A DNA stretch of 64,000 nucleotides from Lama guanicoe (Eukaryota): the NCBI GenBank assembly GCA_013239625.1, contig MU054122.1:1-64000 (forward strand), in the 5' to 3' direction. Below are positions 37,931-50,734 of this stretch, piece after piece. The notes beneath the pieces are model-generated. The model made no database searches. It was not told the origin of the DNA and saw only the letters and a list, made by a program, of their open reading frames with translations. The number at the start of each line of letters is the position of its first letter. Positions within the stretch are counted from its first letter, which is position 1. Both the position numbers and the translations under genes were made by a program.

Positions 37931-40002
37931 ATTACCAAGTTGTCTGAATAGAGATATCCCCAAAGTGTTCAATCATAGGTGCATTTTAGCCCAAGACATC
38001 TATCATTTTAGAGCACTTGAAATAGGCAGCATTTCGTTGACATTTGAATCATTTATTTTCAAAGCCAGTGAGTCTATATGCAAATGAATAATGCTCTAAA
38101 GACCAGAGAATCGGGACTTAGAGGAATCTTGATGAGACAGAATTCTCAGGCAAAAAAAGAGGCAACTATAACTTACTAGAAATAATATCCTATGTTTGGC
38201 TGTGAAGCCATTGCAACTCATGCAAAAGTGACCTGCAGGTCTTTAATATAGTCCAACATTATGACTTGGCTAACAATGAACCCATTTAACCTCAGCCTAC
38301 AACCTTAAGGTATAGGAACCAGGTAATATGGTCCAAAGCCAGGAGTGTTGAATCCAATCCTGGGCCATATTTTAAGAGACACTGACATACAATAGAATAT
38401 GAAGAGGAGGGTACCCCTTAAGAGTTGATCCTTCTGGACCCCGTGGGAGCATCTCTCCTCGCTGATCACTGTCACCTTCCATCATACTCTCCTCCCTTAG
38501 CCTCCATGACACAGTAACCTCACAGCTTTCCTCCTCCCCCTTCTCACCACCCACATGCTCCCAGGTGACCCAATACACGCTCTAGACTCCCTGTATGTCT
38601 CTGTGCTGATTTCCACCTAATCCATCACTTTTGTTTGTATATTGAATCACCTATTAGGAATCTCTTCTTCCACATAGAGACTCAGGCTCAAAATAAAAAT
38701 GAAACTGTGAAATCAAGTTATAAAATACAAAAAGAATCCTTAAGGTTTTGGCTTCCCAAAATCGCATGGTCTAATTTACCCCTTTAAGGAAATAACCCTT
38801 CCTCCCACTGAGTCTTTTATTTCCAAATCTGAATCATTTCATTTTGCCCAGAGGACAAAAGAATAAAGGATTGATTCGCTTCCCAGTGGATTGTTACCAA
38901 CCCACACTGCTCAGCAAGGCTGGGCAAGATGTCCGACCAGCACCTAATCAAGTTCTTTTATAGTTTCAGTTCTGTTAACCCCAAATAGCTCAATTCTGGC
39001 TGCAGTAATAGCCACTCAAGTGGGACCTGGCTAAGTCATTTGAAAAAAAGCCCTTTAACTAGAAGTTATTAAAATAATGAAAACTAGATTTTGAGTCTGT
39101 GGCTTTTCTCTCCTTAAACGGTTATTTGTGCTTTTAAAATTTCCATCATAAACCAGCCATTGTAGTGATTGCTCTGGTCTTGCCCGCTGGCTTACAGAAA
39201 CGGAAAAAATCTCCTCCCTCTGGCAACAGCGTCATTCTTTGGAAGCCTTTGCTGAACTTCTGGTTCTCATTTGGTGTTTCTGCTGCTTTCACCATCAGTG
39301 TTGCACAAGGTACCTGGCGTGGCTGTCACAGCGTCTATGGAGGGCCTATGACTAGCGGCTCTGCCGTGGTTGGAACAAGTATTCTCATTTGACAGTTTTT
39401 AAACACCTCCAGAAATTATCTGATGGGCCTTTTTGTCCTCAAGTAAGTCCAAAGAGGTGGAGTCCTGCCCTTGAAGAGATTTCATCTCATTTCCTCCCAC
39501 TCTTTCTGCCAAAGCCTCCTTTAAAGTCCAGCTCAAAAGCTTCCTCCTCTCCCAGCTTTCTCCACTGTGCTTTACCAAATCACGCTCAAGGTGCCCGGCA
39601 TTGTTGTTAAACATGCAACAGTCTGCAAGCCCATGAATTCTGCTTTGGGTTGTGCTCAAGATGGTATAGAATTGCAGTGAAACTGTAGAGAATACACAAA
39701 AAGGTCGATCTGGAATTTAGTTCTTTCTCATTAGGCTGATGCTAAAATATGGCTGTGATATTTCAATTTAACCTGAACTTACTGAACTCTTATAAGATCT
39801 GAACTCTATAATCAATGCCTGAGTTGCAAAGTTAGTTGGAGACAGTTCACATCTTCTAAAAGCTCATAGTCCAGTAGGGCATGTGAACATAATCACAAAT
39901 GGTAAAAATATGATATGATAAACTGCTGTGTTTGTGGTAGGAACAAGTGGCTTTGAAAGCAATTTTTCTTTTTTTTTTTTCAAAGAATGAATAAGATCTC
40001 AC

Positions 40003-40825
40003 CACAGGCACATTAAAAGATGCTCAACATCACTAATTATTAGAGAAAGGCAAATCAAAACTACAATGAGGTATCACTTCACAGTAGTCAGAATGGCCAT
40101 CACTAAAAAGTCTACAAATAATAAATATTGGAGAGGGTGTGAAGAAAAAGAAGCCTTCTTACACTGCTGGTGGGAATGTAGTTTGGGGCAGACACTATGG
40201 AAAACAGTATGGAGGCTCCTTAAAAAAACTAAACATAGAGTTACCGTATGATCCAGCAACCCCACTCCTGGGCATATATCCAGAAAAAACTCCAATCCAA
40301 AAAGATACATGCACCCCAACATTCACAGCAGCACTATTTACAATAGCCAAGACATAGAAGCAACCTAAATGTCCATCAAAAGATGATTGGATAAAGAAGT
40401 TGTGCTATATACACACAATGGAATACTACTCAGCCATAAAGAATGAAATAATGCCATTTGCAGCAACATGGATGGACCTACAGACTATCAAACTGAGTGC
40501 AGTAGGTCAGATATAGAAAGACAAATAACACATGATATCACTTACATGTAGACTCTAAAATATACAACAAATGAGCTTATTTACAAAACAGCAACAGACT
40601 CACAGACATAGAAAACAAACTTATAGTTACCAAAAGGCAGTAGGGGAGGGATTAATTAGGAGTCTGGGATTAGCAGATATGAACTACTGTAACAGATAAA
40701 CAACAAGGTTCTACTGTATAACACAGGGAACTATATTCAATATAATGTAATAAACTATAATGGAAAAGAATATGAAAAAGTATATATATATAATCAACTG
40801 TACCTCAATAGAAACAAAGAAAAAG
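40003..40825 (+). mobile_element. 5'-truncated L1: frameshifted ORF2 C-terminus plus 3' UTR
   Basis: ORF fragments [38 protein letters not shown] and [18 protein letters not shown]...[15 protein letters not shown] match the L1 ORF2 Cys-rich C-terminus; artiodactyl-type 3' UTR and A-rich tail follow. Confidence 0.93.
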
Positions 40826-42386
40826 AAGATGATCGGTCCAGGTAAATAGAATGAGAAAAGCATGCCATTGCTCAGCTTGTAAAGAACATCTGAACACCAG
40901 ATCAAGGGAAGGGAACTTTAAAACCACTGTCAAGTTTGTACAGGTTTGATGATTGCTTTATGTTGTGGCATATCTTCTTTGAATACTAGTATATATAACT
41001 TTCTCATGGGTTAAACACTATGGCTACTATTTCTATAATATTGAACTTTCTAAATATAAAGGTTTTTTTAACCCAAAAAAGTATCCTTCAAAAACAAGAG
41101 AATCCATATATTCAGGACCTCACAAAGTCCCTTAAAGTATAGAAAGCTTTCTCTTTGTTTTGAAAAACAAAGGAGGTATTTAGATACGTTCACCTCAAAC
41201 AGCTTTGATTAACGCTAGTTTTTTAAAAGAATTGGTTAAAAAAAAAGAGAGAGTTAAGACAATTTTACAAGGATAAATTATTTTTTCTGAGAATATGTTC
41301 TCAAAGTTACAAGTGCCAATGCTAGAAGTCTTTGCAAGCAAAGCTTCTAAAACTCACTGATCATCTTAAGAAGAACACTAAGTAATTGTGTTATGGGTAG
41401 GTGGAGCGAAGGCAAGTGTCCTAATGTTATCAGAGTGAGTGCCTGTTACTTCAAAAGAGATTCTTAGTGAAAACATTATATACAGATTCAAAAAGTGTTA
41501 TATATTAACAATGTAGATAGATATAAAGATGATGTGTTAGATGACTCAAAAATGATTTTATTAATGATGAAAACTGGATTCAAAATATGTGCAAATACTT
41601 TGAGTAAAATTGTTTTATGAAGTATGAAAGTAATATTTCTAAATTAATAGTTCATAAAATACATAATTTTATATATGAATGTATAATCACATTAATAAAG
41701 TAAGTAAAATAAGAAGCTGCCTAACTTTTCAATGTATATTCCTAAAAAAGTTGTTACATGCAAGTTAGCAAAAAAGCTCTTGTAAATAAAGTATCTTAAA
41801 AATAGCAGATTACTTCATATTTTGGTTTGCCTAGTTTTCAAGCAACTTTTATTGCATAGCGTTGTATATGGAGAATTCAATAAATATCACGGGTGGTCAT
41901 AATTATAACAAATAGAAACTTCCATCTTGACGAAAAGAAAAATTAACTGAAATGAACTTAAATTTAAGAGCAAAAACAAGAATCAAAATCATGACTCCTA
42001 GTATCAGGTAAATTAGGCTTTAAGTAAAGCCATGATAACGTAAATATTTTCTGATCTCTTGTTTAAAGAGAACAAACATAAAAACAATCAACAAAAACTA
42101 GAAGTTATTCTTCTACTTCTGCATCATTTAAGTAATGTGAGGTGAATATGAGTCCAGAAGTTACAGTGAACCCTAAAAGCGTAGTTATTTGTGTATGCAA
42201 TTCAGTAGATTAAATGTCTTTACTATTAAGATGATACAGTGAACGAGACATGAAATATACCCTTTGAAATACCACGGGTAGTTGCAGGGCAGGGTTAGGA
42301 GTTCGGGTCTACAAGCACGACTTTTAGCTTGACTCGCCTAATTTGAGCTGAAAATGCGGCAACTTATTTAGGTTCAGAACACATAC

Positions 42387-42574
42387 CTCTAAGTAGTCGG
42401 TGGAGCAGTTTATGTACTCTTCCAAGTCAAATGCTAAAAACGTATAATTCACAGTGTTTCCTGTTGTTGCTTGGATGGTCCAGTTGCAACGCTGATTGAC
42501 AGAGTAGGGATTTGGATAATGTATACTCTCCAAGATGCCATAGGTTCGATTCCTAATCACCACGTTATCACACA
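42387..42574 (-). CDS. CUBN: Cubilin exon 27-equivalent (188 nt), N-terminal part of CUB8
   Basis: (M)[62 protein letters not shown], within ORF 42324..42734. Acceptor tttttcccAG, donor GTatgt. Confidence 0.97.
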
Positions 42575-45080
42575 CTGGGAAAAAAAAAATCCATGCTTGT
42601 TTAAGAATGACTATCATATATATCATAATTGCTCCAAGATATGTGTGAGATTTTTCTTTAGGAAAATGTCTAGATTTAAAATATATGTATGTATATGTAC
42701 ACACACGCACATACACATGAAGTTGGTGCAACATCTTTATAGGGAAAAGGTCTCCATTTAGAACAAATTGAAATAATACTTGAGTTCATAAACATTAAAG
42801 TGTCATGAAGATTGCCTACATTAAAACAGGCATCAAATTCCTGTGAACTGGAATTTGCAGAGCAGAATAGCTTAGCACTACTCAGACATCAGTCTAATCT
42901 GTTCAGAGAAGAGTATGAAAAATTCCATGCTTCTGTTTTTCTAACTTTAGCATTTGGAAGGGACAGAAATCTTGACCTTTAAATTCAACAGTTTAAAAAC
43001 ACAAAGTCCTATGTGAATGCTAAAAACGAATAACAACATGGCTTTGTTGAACATTCAAAAGTCAGCAAGAAATTCACAATAAAGACGCCGTTATTCCTTT
43101 AGTTAGTCATCCGGGAGGGCCAAATGAATCGAGGCGATGTGAAAGATCTGAAGAGGAAATTAAAATACTAAATTCTGGAAAAAAAAAAAAAGGCTTCAAT
43201 CCAACGGCATTTTCTTCAGCTGAGTTTTCAACAAGACTATACTAGGTACTTCCAGCTACGGTTAGTCCTGGAAGTCAGTGCCAAATTCAGCCAAACTTAA
43301 GGGCTTGAACAAGGCCTATGCCTGCTTTTTCGCAAGTCTTTTTCATATTGTATGATGTGCAATACAAGTGAACAGGAAAATAAATATTAAAATTGAAAAA
43401 GCTGTCTCTGAAAAATGTTGCTCGCTTAGATGCGCTTCGGCTACACTGCTTCTCGACAGGGGGCTGACCCGCCACTTGCAAGCTGGGGTATGGAAAAGTA
43501 CACATCCGTGGGTCTTCAAAATCTTCCTTTGCTGGAACGAGGGAATAAAACTAATTCTTGTTAAAAATCTTTCAGTCACATTTTTGTCCACAGAGGACTT
43601 CTAAAGAATACTTTGGTTTAGATGCCTGGGAGAAGTTATATCTGTTAGGCAGGCAGGGCTTGTGGGTCTCAATGACCACAAAACCGGGCAGGGGAAAATA
43701 TATTCCATTAAACCCTACAGGCTGCTCTCAGTGCTCAGAAATTATACTACCTGCAAAATTCCAATTTGAAATGGCACATGGTACAGAAAATCTCACTGGT
43801 TAGCCTGATTTTATCTTTAAGAACCTAAATTCCATATGCACTAAGTTACTCCTTCAGTGTTCTGACATTATGAGAGCAAAACAAAATATCGTAGAAATAA
43901 AAAGAAAAGGAAGGGAAATTTAATAATCTATCTGACTGTGACCAAGAAGCAAATCAGCACAGCAATAATAAAATTAGAGAAATGATTATGTGCTCATCCA
44001 AACAGATCTATCCCTGATAAAACTGGGGAGAGATTTTCATATACTAATGATGAATTTCTGAAGAACAAAACTATTTATCACTAAAACTCAGTATTCAGAA
44101 CTACCTAGAATGTAGCCTATCCCCCAGAAGTAAGTGTATGTGAATTTTTAAATTCATGTATTTCAAGGTTAAGCATTAATACTCTTTCAACTAGCCCAAA
44201 GGGATATCGTGTATTCAGATTATGATCTTGCGATTTTCAATTCCATTTTTAGGAAATTATGCCAAAATAATTGGTAAATTTAGATTTAGTAGGGCAAGGA
44301 ACTCTACTTTCAGAAACCCAAATAAATTGTTTACTAAATAACATAAATTTAAGGAAATCTTGTTTTCTTGAATGTCCATTTTGAAATTAACTTTAGGAAG
44401 TATTTAATTCTAGAGCTAGAAGGGAGATTTCTCTATCGACTAATGTAATCTTTTTAAGAGAAAAAAAATCATGCAACCCCAGAGAAAACGAGTGACCTTC
44501 TCAGGGGTTAGGGGCCAGGACAAACCCCTGGGACCCCTGATTTATTGGTCATACTCCTTTAATTCTACCGTCTTATCTCAAGGGAAAGCAGATTTTAAAA
44601 GGAAATCTCTACAATGACCAGAATTTTCCATAATAAAGAATGTGCTTTTTTTCATATATGATTCACAAGGACCATAGTTTCCCTTAATAAAATTTAAGTT
44701 CTTTTTGAGATAGAAGACCAAAAAAATAGTAGTAATAGTCCTGGAGACTCCACGTCCGATGGAATTATGTCTACTAGAAGGTTGTACTGTTTAATCCAAA
44801 TGAAAACCCATTAGCTGTTACCTCACTGATCTTTAGCTGAATGGGAACTATCTCAGCACATTACTTTTCTAAGTTTCTCTAGCTTACCATGTGCTTTAGC
44901 CACATGATTTTAAATTCAACATATAAGCATTTCTCCCTCAGAGTTAAATTTTTCTCATAAGGAGCCAAGATTGATTTTAGTTACTCAAACCAGTGGGTTG
45001 TGTTATTTCAGTTGGTCTCATTCATCAAGAGACTGAAGACCTCAGTACAGGCACGGAGCAACCAGTATATATACACTTAC

Positions 45081-45237
45081 TCTGCTGGTATTTAATCAGG
45101 AAGCCGCCTCCTTGCTGACCTTCATCTGTCCTCAGTTTTAAAGACATGCTGTCTCCACTGGAACGAATGACAGGCGGTTTCTCGTTCCCGCAAAGCTGAG
45201 TTAGCAAATGAGAGTTGGTACTTGGCCCGTCATACAC
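45081..45237 (-). CDS. CUBN: Cubilin exon 26-equivalent (157 nt), C-terminal part of CUB7
   Basis: [52 protein letters not shown], within ORF 45025..45237. Acceptor ttaaAG, donor GTaagt. Confidence 0.96.
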
Positions 45238-46013
45238 CTTTAATAAAACATGTTAAATGTCAGATGATTATGACTATAAACATTACCTAAAGGACTCTGT
45301 AATCCTCAAGAAGTGGGGGAGAAATATATACACGATACAACCAAAGAAGAGCCCTGGATCAGAATATGTTTTAGGACTGAATTTAAATGTCTGTAAACTT
45401 GGGCCATGAACTCAGGCCATGCAGCCATGGCTGTGTATAGAAGTGAGGGAGTGAGCCTCTATTGAAATATAAGCACTGAAAATCAAAGATTATTACTATT
45501 TTTGAGATCACAGCCATTATCAGTAGCCTTCCTTGCTTTTTGATTTCATAGTTTACCATTTATGACATTTTAGTGCATTTTTTTATTTAGATCATTTTTT
45601 AGTGGACAGGTGACTTGGTGGTACTGTAAAAATTCCCAGTTTAATGACTTCAATTATCTTCTCTAATTCATCAATACAGTCTTCTAGATTGTTATTTTTC
45701 AATGCATATACAGAAATTATATGGATAATAATTATGATAAATCTCATAACTCCTTTCAGGAGATTTAAAATATATCTTAATAGTTCATATACAAGATATT
45801 TTAAATACTTAGTATACCAAGCCATTCATTAATACATGCTGTACTTGGGTTATTTTCATCCAATTTTAATTTTTTTGTTTAAATTTTTAAATATGACTAT
45901 TTTGTTTACATGTTGCCTTTTCCTGAATCGCAAAAAGAAAAATAAGTGATGCATTTCTGTGTGTTGGGCGAGATGGGAGCAGTGAAGGGACACAACTGAA
46001 ATTTCACACATAC

Positions 46014-46195
46014 AGCCAGATAGTCGAAAGTGCAGTTTGGATGCTGCTCCAAATGGAAGTCTTCAAATTCCAGTTCAAACGGACTCCCGTGGCTGGCTTT
46101 CAACCACCAGTAGCACTCAGAGCTGTGGTAGTAGGGCATCGGGTAGTTGGGAGAGGTGAACACGCCGGTGGGAGTGGTGAGGTTGCCCCCACAAC
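46014..46195 (-). CDS. CUBN: Cubilin exon 25-equivalent (182 nt), N-terminal part of CUB7
   Basis: (G)[60 protein letters not shown], within ORF 45906..46226. Acceptor tgcAG, donor GTatgt. Confidence 0.97.
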
Positions 46196-46600
46196 CTGCA
46201 GGGGAAAGAGACGGGGTGACACACATCCTTTTCTTCCCAGTAAAACAGATTCTTTACTTCTGTATCAAACCGGTGCTACCAGTGACTCTCCTCTAAACCA
46301 AACTGCAAAACAAAACCGCCCCACCGAAGAGCAGCTAGCCTGCAGTCCTAATTCACAACCAAGATGACCAGCTTGATGAACTACACCAGGGAACAAGAAC
46401 ACTTTCCCTTATTTTGTCCTTCAAAAATCAAAGCAAAAACAAAACGGCTGCTGCTAATTCAGAAATATTCACAATGTTTAAGTTTATTACAAATAGCACT
46501 GGCAAAATACAGCTGGAGGAAAAAAAATAGCATGGCAATCCAAGAATCAAGAGCCCATCAGACTGGACTCGCCAACAAAAGGCAACTCTTTGCTCCTTAC

Positions 46601-46761
46601 CTGTCAACGATCCATCCCAGGAAGCTGAGAATCCAGTCCCAGAGCCAAAGAAGTCACTCTTAAATTTTAGCCAGAGTTTGTTACTGTGAGAGATGATGCT
46701 TGGGGGTGGATTTGAGCCACAGTACTTTCCCAGGGATGGTGAAGATTCATAGCCTCCATTA
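46601..46761 (-). CDS. CUBN: Cubilin exon 24-equivalent (161 nt), C-terminal part of CUB6
   Basis: Manual translation, absent from the ORF track: [53 protein letters not shown](G). Acceptor tcacAG, donor GTaagg. Confidence 0.95.
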
Positions 46762-48065
46762 CTGTGACCAAATACAGACGGGCTTGTTTATTAGGTCACT
46801 GATAATATCACTATATAAACATTTACATTCATTGAACTTTGAGATCAGAAACAGATCAGATTGTCAGTCAACCTCTCTCAAAGACACTCTAAAAACAATT
46901 TCAAGTTTTCAATGTTTCCCTTCATTAAACAGTATTTGAATAACTTATAGAATAACCATCGTTTATGGCTGGCACGACATTTTATAGAACCAACTACAAA
47001 CTGAAGAGGAAGTGTTTAATCCTCTTTCTCTCCAATAAAGCATCTGGAAAATGTGTCAGAGAACACAGGATAATGGGACCATAATTACTAACAGTACAAA
47101 CAAATGTTGCTTAATTTGACAGAGAAAACTTCAATGCTTTTCTTCTAGTTTGAAAACTTTCAAAATTTAATATATCATATTAAATATGTTTGACATAGTT
47201 AAACAAAATTTTGAAAATAATTCTCTCCTCAAGAACTTTTGGGGCCTTAATCTAATTTATTATCCATAACTGTTTTAAGCCTAAAAAAAGTTTCACTCAA
47301 CATTAAAGTCCAATGATTGCTGAAAATTAAGAAAATTATGTTATTTTAGCATTATATGACATGATTGTGATTTATTATTTTAGCACCTTATTTTACATCA
47401 TAGAACAAATTTATTCTAAGATAGTGTAAGATTCTAGGCTTTTGAAATGCCAAATAAAAAATTTAATGCAGGCGCACCCCAAATTGGTTAGTCTAATTTA
47501 ATTCAGTATAATGATCTGGGAAGATACCAATATATAATTTAACTGACCTTCACTGAAAATATAAATTTTTAACTCATTTTTTTCAAAGCACCAAAGAATT
47601 AAAGAAAAAAATGCCTTGCACTGAATTTCTCAAGCCTAAACTTTTATTATTTGAACACAAAAAGACTGTGAAAACGTTATCTTACCATCATTTTTGTGAT
47701 AAATTAGACTAAATGGACAGTAAACAGTCTAAAATTTAAGTTGATTTTACATAAAGGAAGTAAGTATTCAGCATCTGAATTGGAAGTTATCTAATTTCAG
47801 TGCAACAGTACATCTGTTTACTCTGCCCAAGTGAAATCTGAAATTTAATTTCAAATATTCCCAATAAAATAACCAATTCTAAATAACCACTGAATCTTAT
47901 GCAACTTTCTGTTTGCCTACTGTTAAGCCAGGCTCCAAATGACAAACTTTGTATCTTGCAAGAAACGGCACAAAAGGGAGCTTTTACAGACAATTTCTCT
48001 ATTTTTTTCCTCAAAAATATAAAAATAAGGAATGAAAAAGATTATGATGAAATAAAGGTGCTTAC

Positions 48066-48258
48066 TTGATTTCCACATAATCTGCTACACATACTCCACC
48101 AATGGCCTCCTCCAGGGAGAAGTGTGTGAAGTGTAATGCAATCTGTTGGCTGGTTTCCACCGTAATCCTGTAAATGCATTCCAAGTTGTTGGGGTAATTA
48201 TTGGGGAAGTTTGGAGAAGTGAAAGTCCCAGATTCATCTGTATAGTCTTGCAAGCATG
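48066..48258 (-). CDS. CUBN: Cubilin exon 23-equivalent (193 nt), N-terminal part of CUB6
   Basis: (A)[63 protein letters not shown](N), within ORF 48062..48445. Acceptor cccacAG, donor GTaag. Confidence 0.96.
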
Positions 48259-48699
48259 CTGTGGGGGGGGGGAGCAGAACAAAAGAGAGAAAATAAAAAA
48301 TATTGTACCATATGTACAAGACATTCAGTAACATACACTTTTTTAATTTACGCCAATGTACTTGATTTCGATAGACCTTTCTGGGATGTTCAAAGAATGA
48401 TTTCCTCTCGCCACAAAGGTTTTGAAATCCCAAAGGCAAAAACAATTACTCACAGTAAACCTAAGCTATGGCGTGGAAGTTGTTACATATGATCACAATT
48501 TTTTGGCTCTTGGAAGTGCTCTTATTTTTCTAATCCATGCAAATGATCATAAACATTAAAAATGTGGCTCAACTACAGAAATCACAGAGGAAGGCCTAGA
48601 AATAATTCATATCTGTTCTTTTTTTTGTAACCTTTCTTTAAAATGTGTTTTTGCCAAAGCACGCATTTATGAGAAGTGATGGAGCCAGTCCTCAGCCAC

Positions 48700-48915
48700 A
48701 TGGTTAAAAGAACAGGAGGCGAGACTCGGGGGTCAGAGTGACCTTGAATCCATGCCCAGCTCACACGCTGACAAACCAGATGACCTTGGGGAAGTTACTG
48801 CACCTCTCTGAGTCTTGTCTCTGAAATGGAGATGGTAACTCTCTTTGAATAAGGGTCAGAGAAAGTGCAATTTAGGGGCTTGGCACATGGTATGTGCTCA
48901 GTAAATGGTAGTGAC
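48700..48915 (+). mobile_element. MIR SINE
   Basis: tgaccttggggaagttactgcacctctctgagtct...ctgaaatggagatggtaa...tggcacatggtatgtgctcagtaaatggtag. Confidence 0.75.
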
Positions 48916-50734
48916 CAACATTGTGTTTTAAAATAGAACAGAAAAGTGTCTAAGTAAAATAGAGCACACATGTGAGGAATAAATTAGATCATTCCTATAA
49001 AGCATTTAGATAGTACCTGGTTAATTTTATGCCCTGAATGACTACTAACTGTTCTACTTTAACAGCTTTGACTTGACCTATTCAGTCCTTCAGACTCTGT
49101 TCACTAACCTGCCCACTCAGTCTCCTATGCCCTCTAAACCTCAGATATTTTCTAAAGCAAATCTGGTTCCAATGCATTCTTAATGCATCTTCAACTGTAT
49201 CCGGTAATAACATAAATCTAGGATCCAGGAGTAGACATGGGTCTCTGACGGAAAGGTTTTGGAGGAGAATAAACTATACTTTGTGATGAATAAAAAGGAA
49301 AATGAGGATGTTTAGATGTGTCATTTCCCTCAGTTGCAGCTGTATAATCATACTCAGAAAAGAAAAGAGGAACCATTGGTTTTGAGAGCACAGAGATGCA
49401 CAGAAAAAGTGACAGGTCCTACTATGTATGTACAGTCCTTAGAGTAACAAGCAGGTGCCACACATTTGGTTTACTCTATTTTAAATAGCAAGTAATCAAG
49501 GCTTAATTTATTGAAGGCATCAACAGCAATATTTAATTTCAGAGATGAATTGTATACTTTTCTATACTTTTCTATTGTCTGCCAAGCTATTTCTCCAAAG
49601 GTCAAGGAAGAAAGAAGAATAGAAGGAAGGGAGGGAGGGAGGGAGGGGAAAGGCAGAGAGAAAACAGGAGAAGGTGGGAGAGAGGCAGGGTGTGTGTGAA
49701 GTGGTGGTATTTTAAGTATTTCAGGCCCAGTAATGAGTGTTACAAAGATTAAAATGTATGGATCAAATGGACAGTCGATGAAGGCTATGCCCCAGTCTCC
49801 GTGAGCCTGGCCGAACTTACAGACTCACTGACCACCCCCACAATCCAATAGCTTTTGTCAATAAATCAAATACCTAGAGCAATCTGTTCATGTCACTTAT
49901 TCTTAAAGAGATGATGTTCCTTGCTTTCCCATGTTACTCCCAGACGGGAACTACAATTGCACTGAATATTTTGAATACAATTTGCAATTAGTCTGCAGGA
50001 GAATGGGGTGAATAATCAGGTTCGGAGGTAAAGGAAATTTTAATGAAATTTTTGACAAGTAAGGATGACTAATTTCCCTCCACCTTGTCCATATGGGAGT
50101 GATTATTGTGGCACGGTTGGGGGTTGTTCTTGAATCCCTACTGAAATCTTGATTTCCACAGCTGACTTCTCTTCCGCTGCTGGCACAAAGGTGAACACAG
50201 TCCCTGAGGTATTCAAATGGTCTTGTATTTTTCTCTTTGTCTAACAGCTATATTTAACAACCCCCCACACTCGCCAACACACCTTTAACGAATAAACTCC
50301 TACCTACCATTTCAAGTCAAATTCAGATTATCACTCCCTCTGTCAGACCTTTCCCAGTCAAGCAGAATGAATTTTCTTGTGCTCAATAAAACTTTATTCA
50401 AATAGCAACTTGAACCCCAAACATATGTTTTCATGTGAGTATATTTCCTCTGTTAGCCCTTGAAATACGAAAAAGACCTTATGAACCATTAATAACTGTT
50501 ACCACAGTGCCTGGCTCAGATCACATCTAGTAAATATTTGTTAAAACTATACTACCTACTGTACTGAAAACTAAGGGGGGTGGGACAAATACCTAATTTC
50601 CTCCCATTTTCTCTACCCCATCCTTTCTCCCTCCACTTTTCTCACCTCATTTTCTCCCTCTCTCCTTGCTATCCTCTCTCCTAGGTAGGTTGTGATTCTT
50701 TAATCTTTTGTAATTTTCACTGAATTTAAATTAT

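Noticed and set aside
43418..43450. tgctcgctt...cgcttcggc resembling the U6 snRNA 5' end
   Set aside because: The match is short and interrupted, and no U6 body follows.
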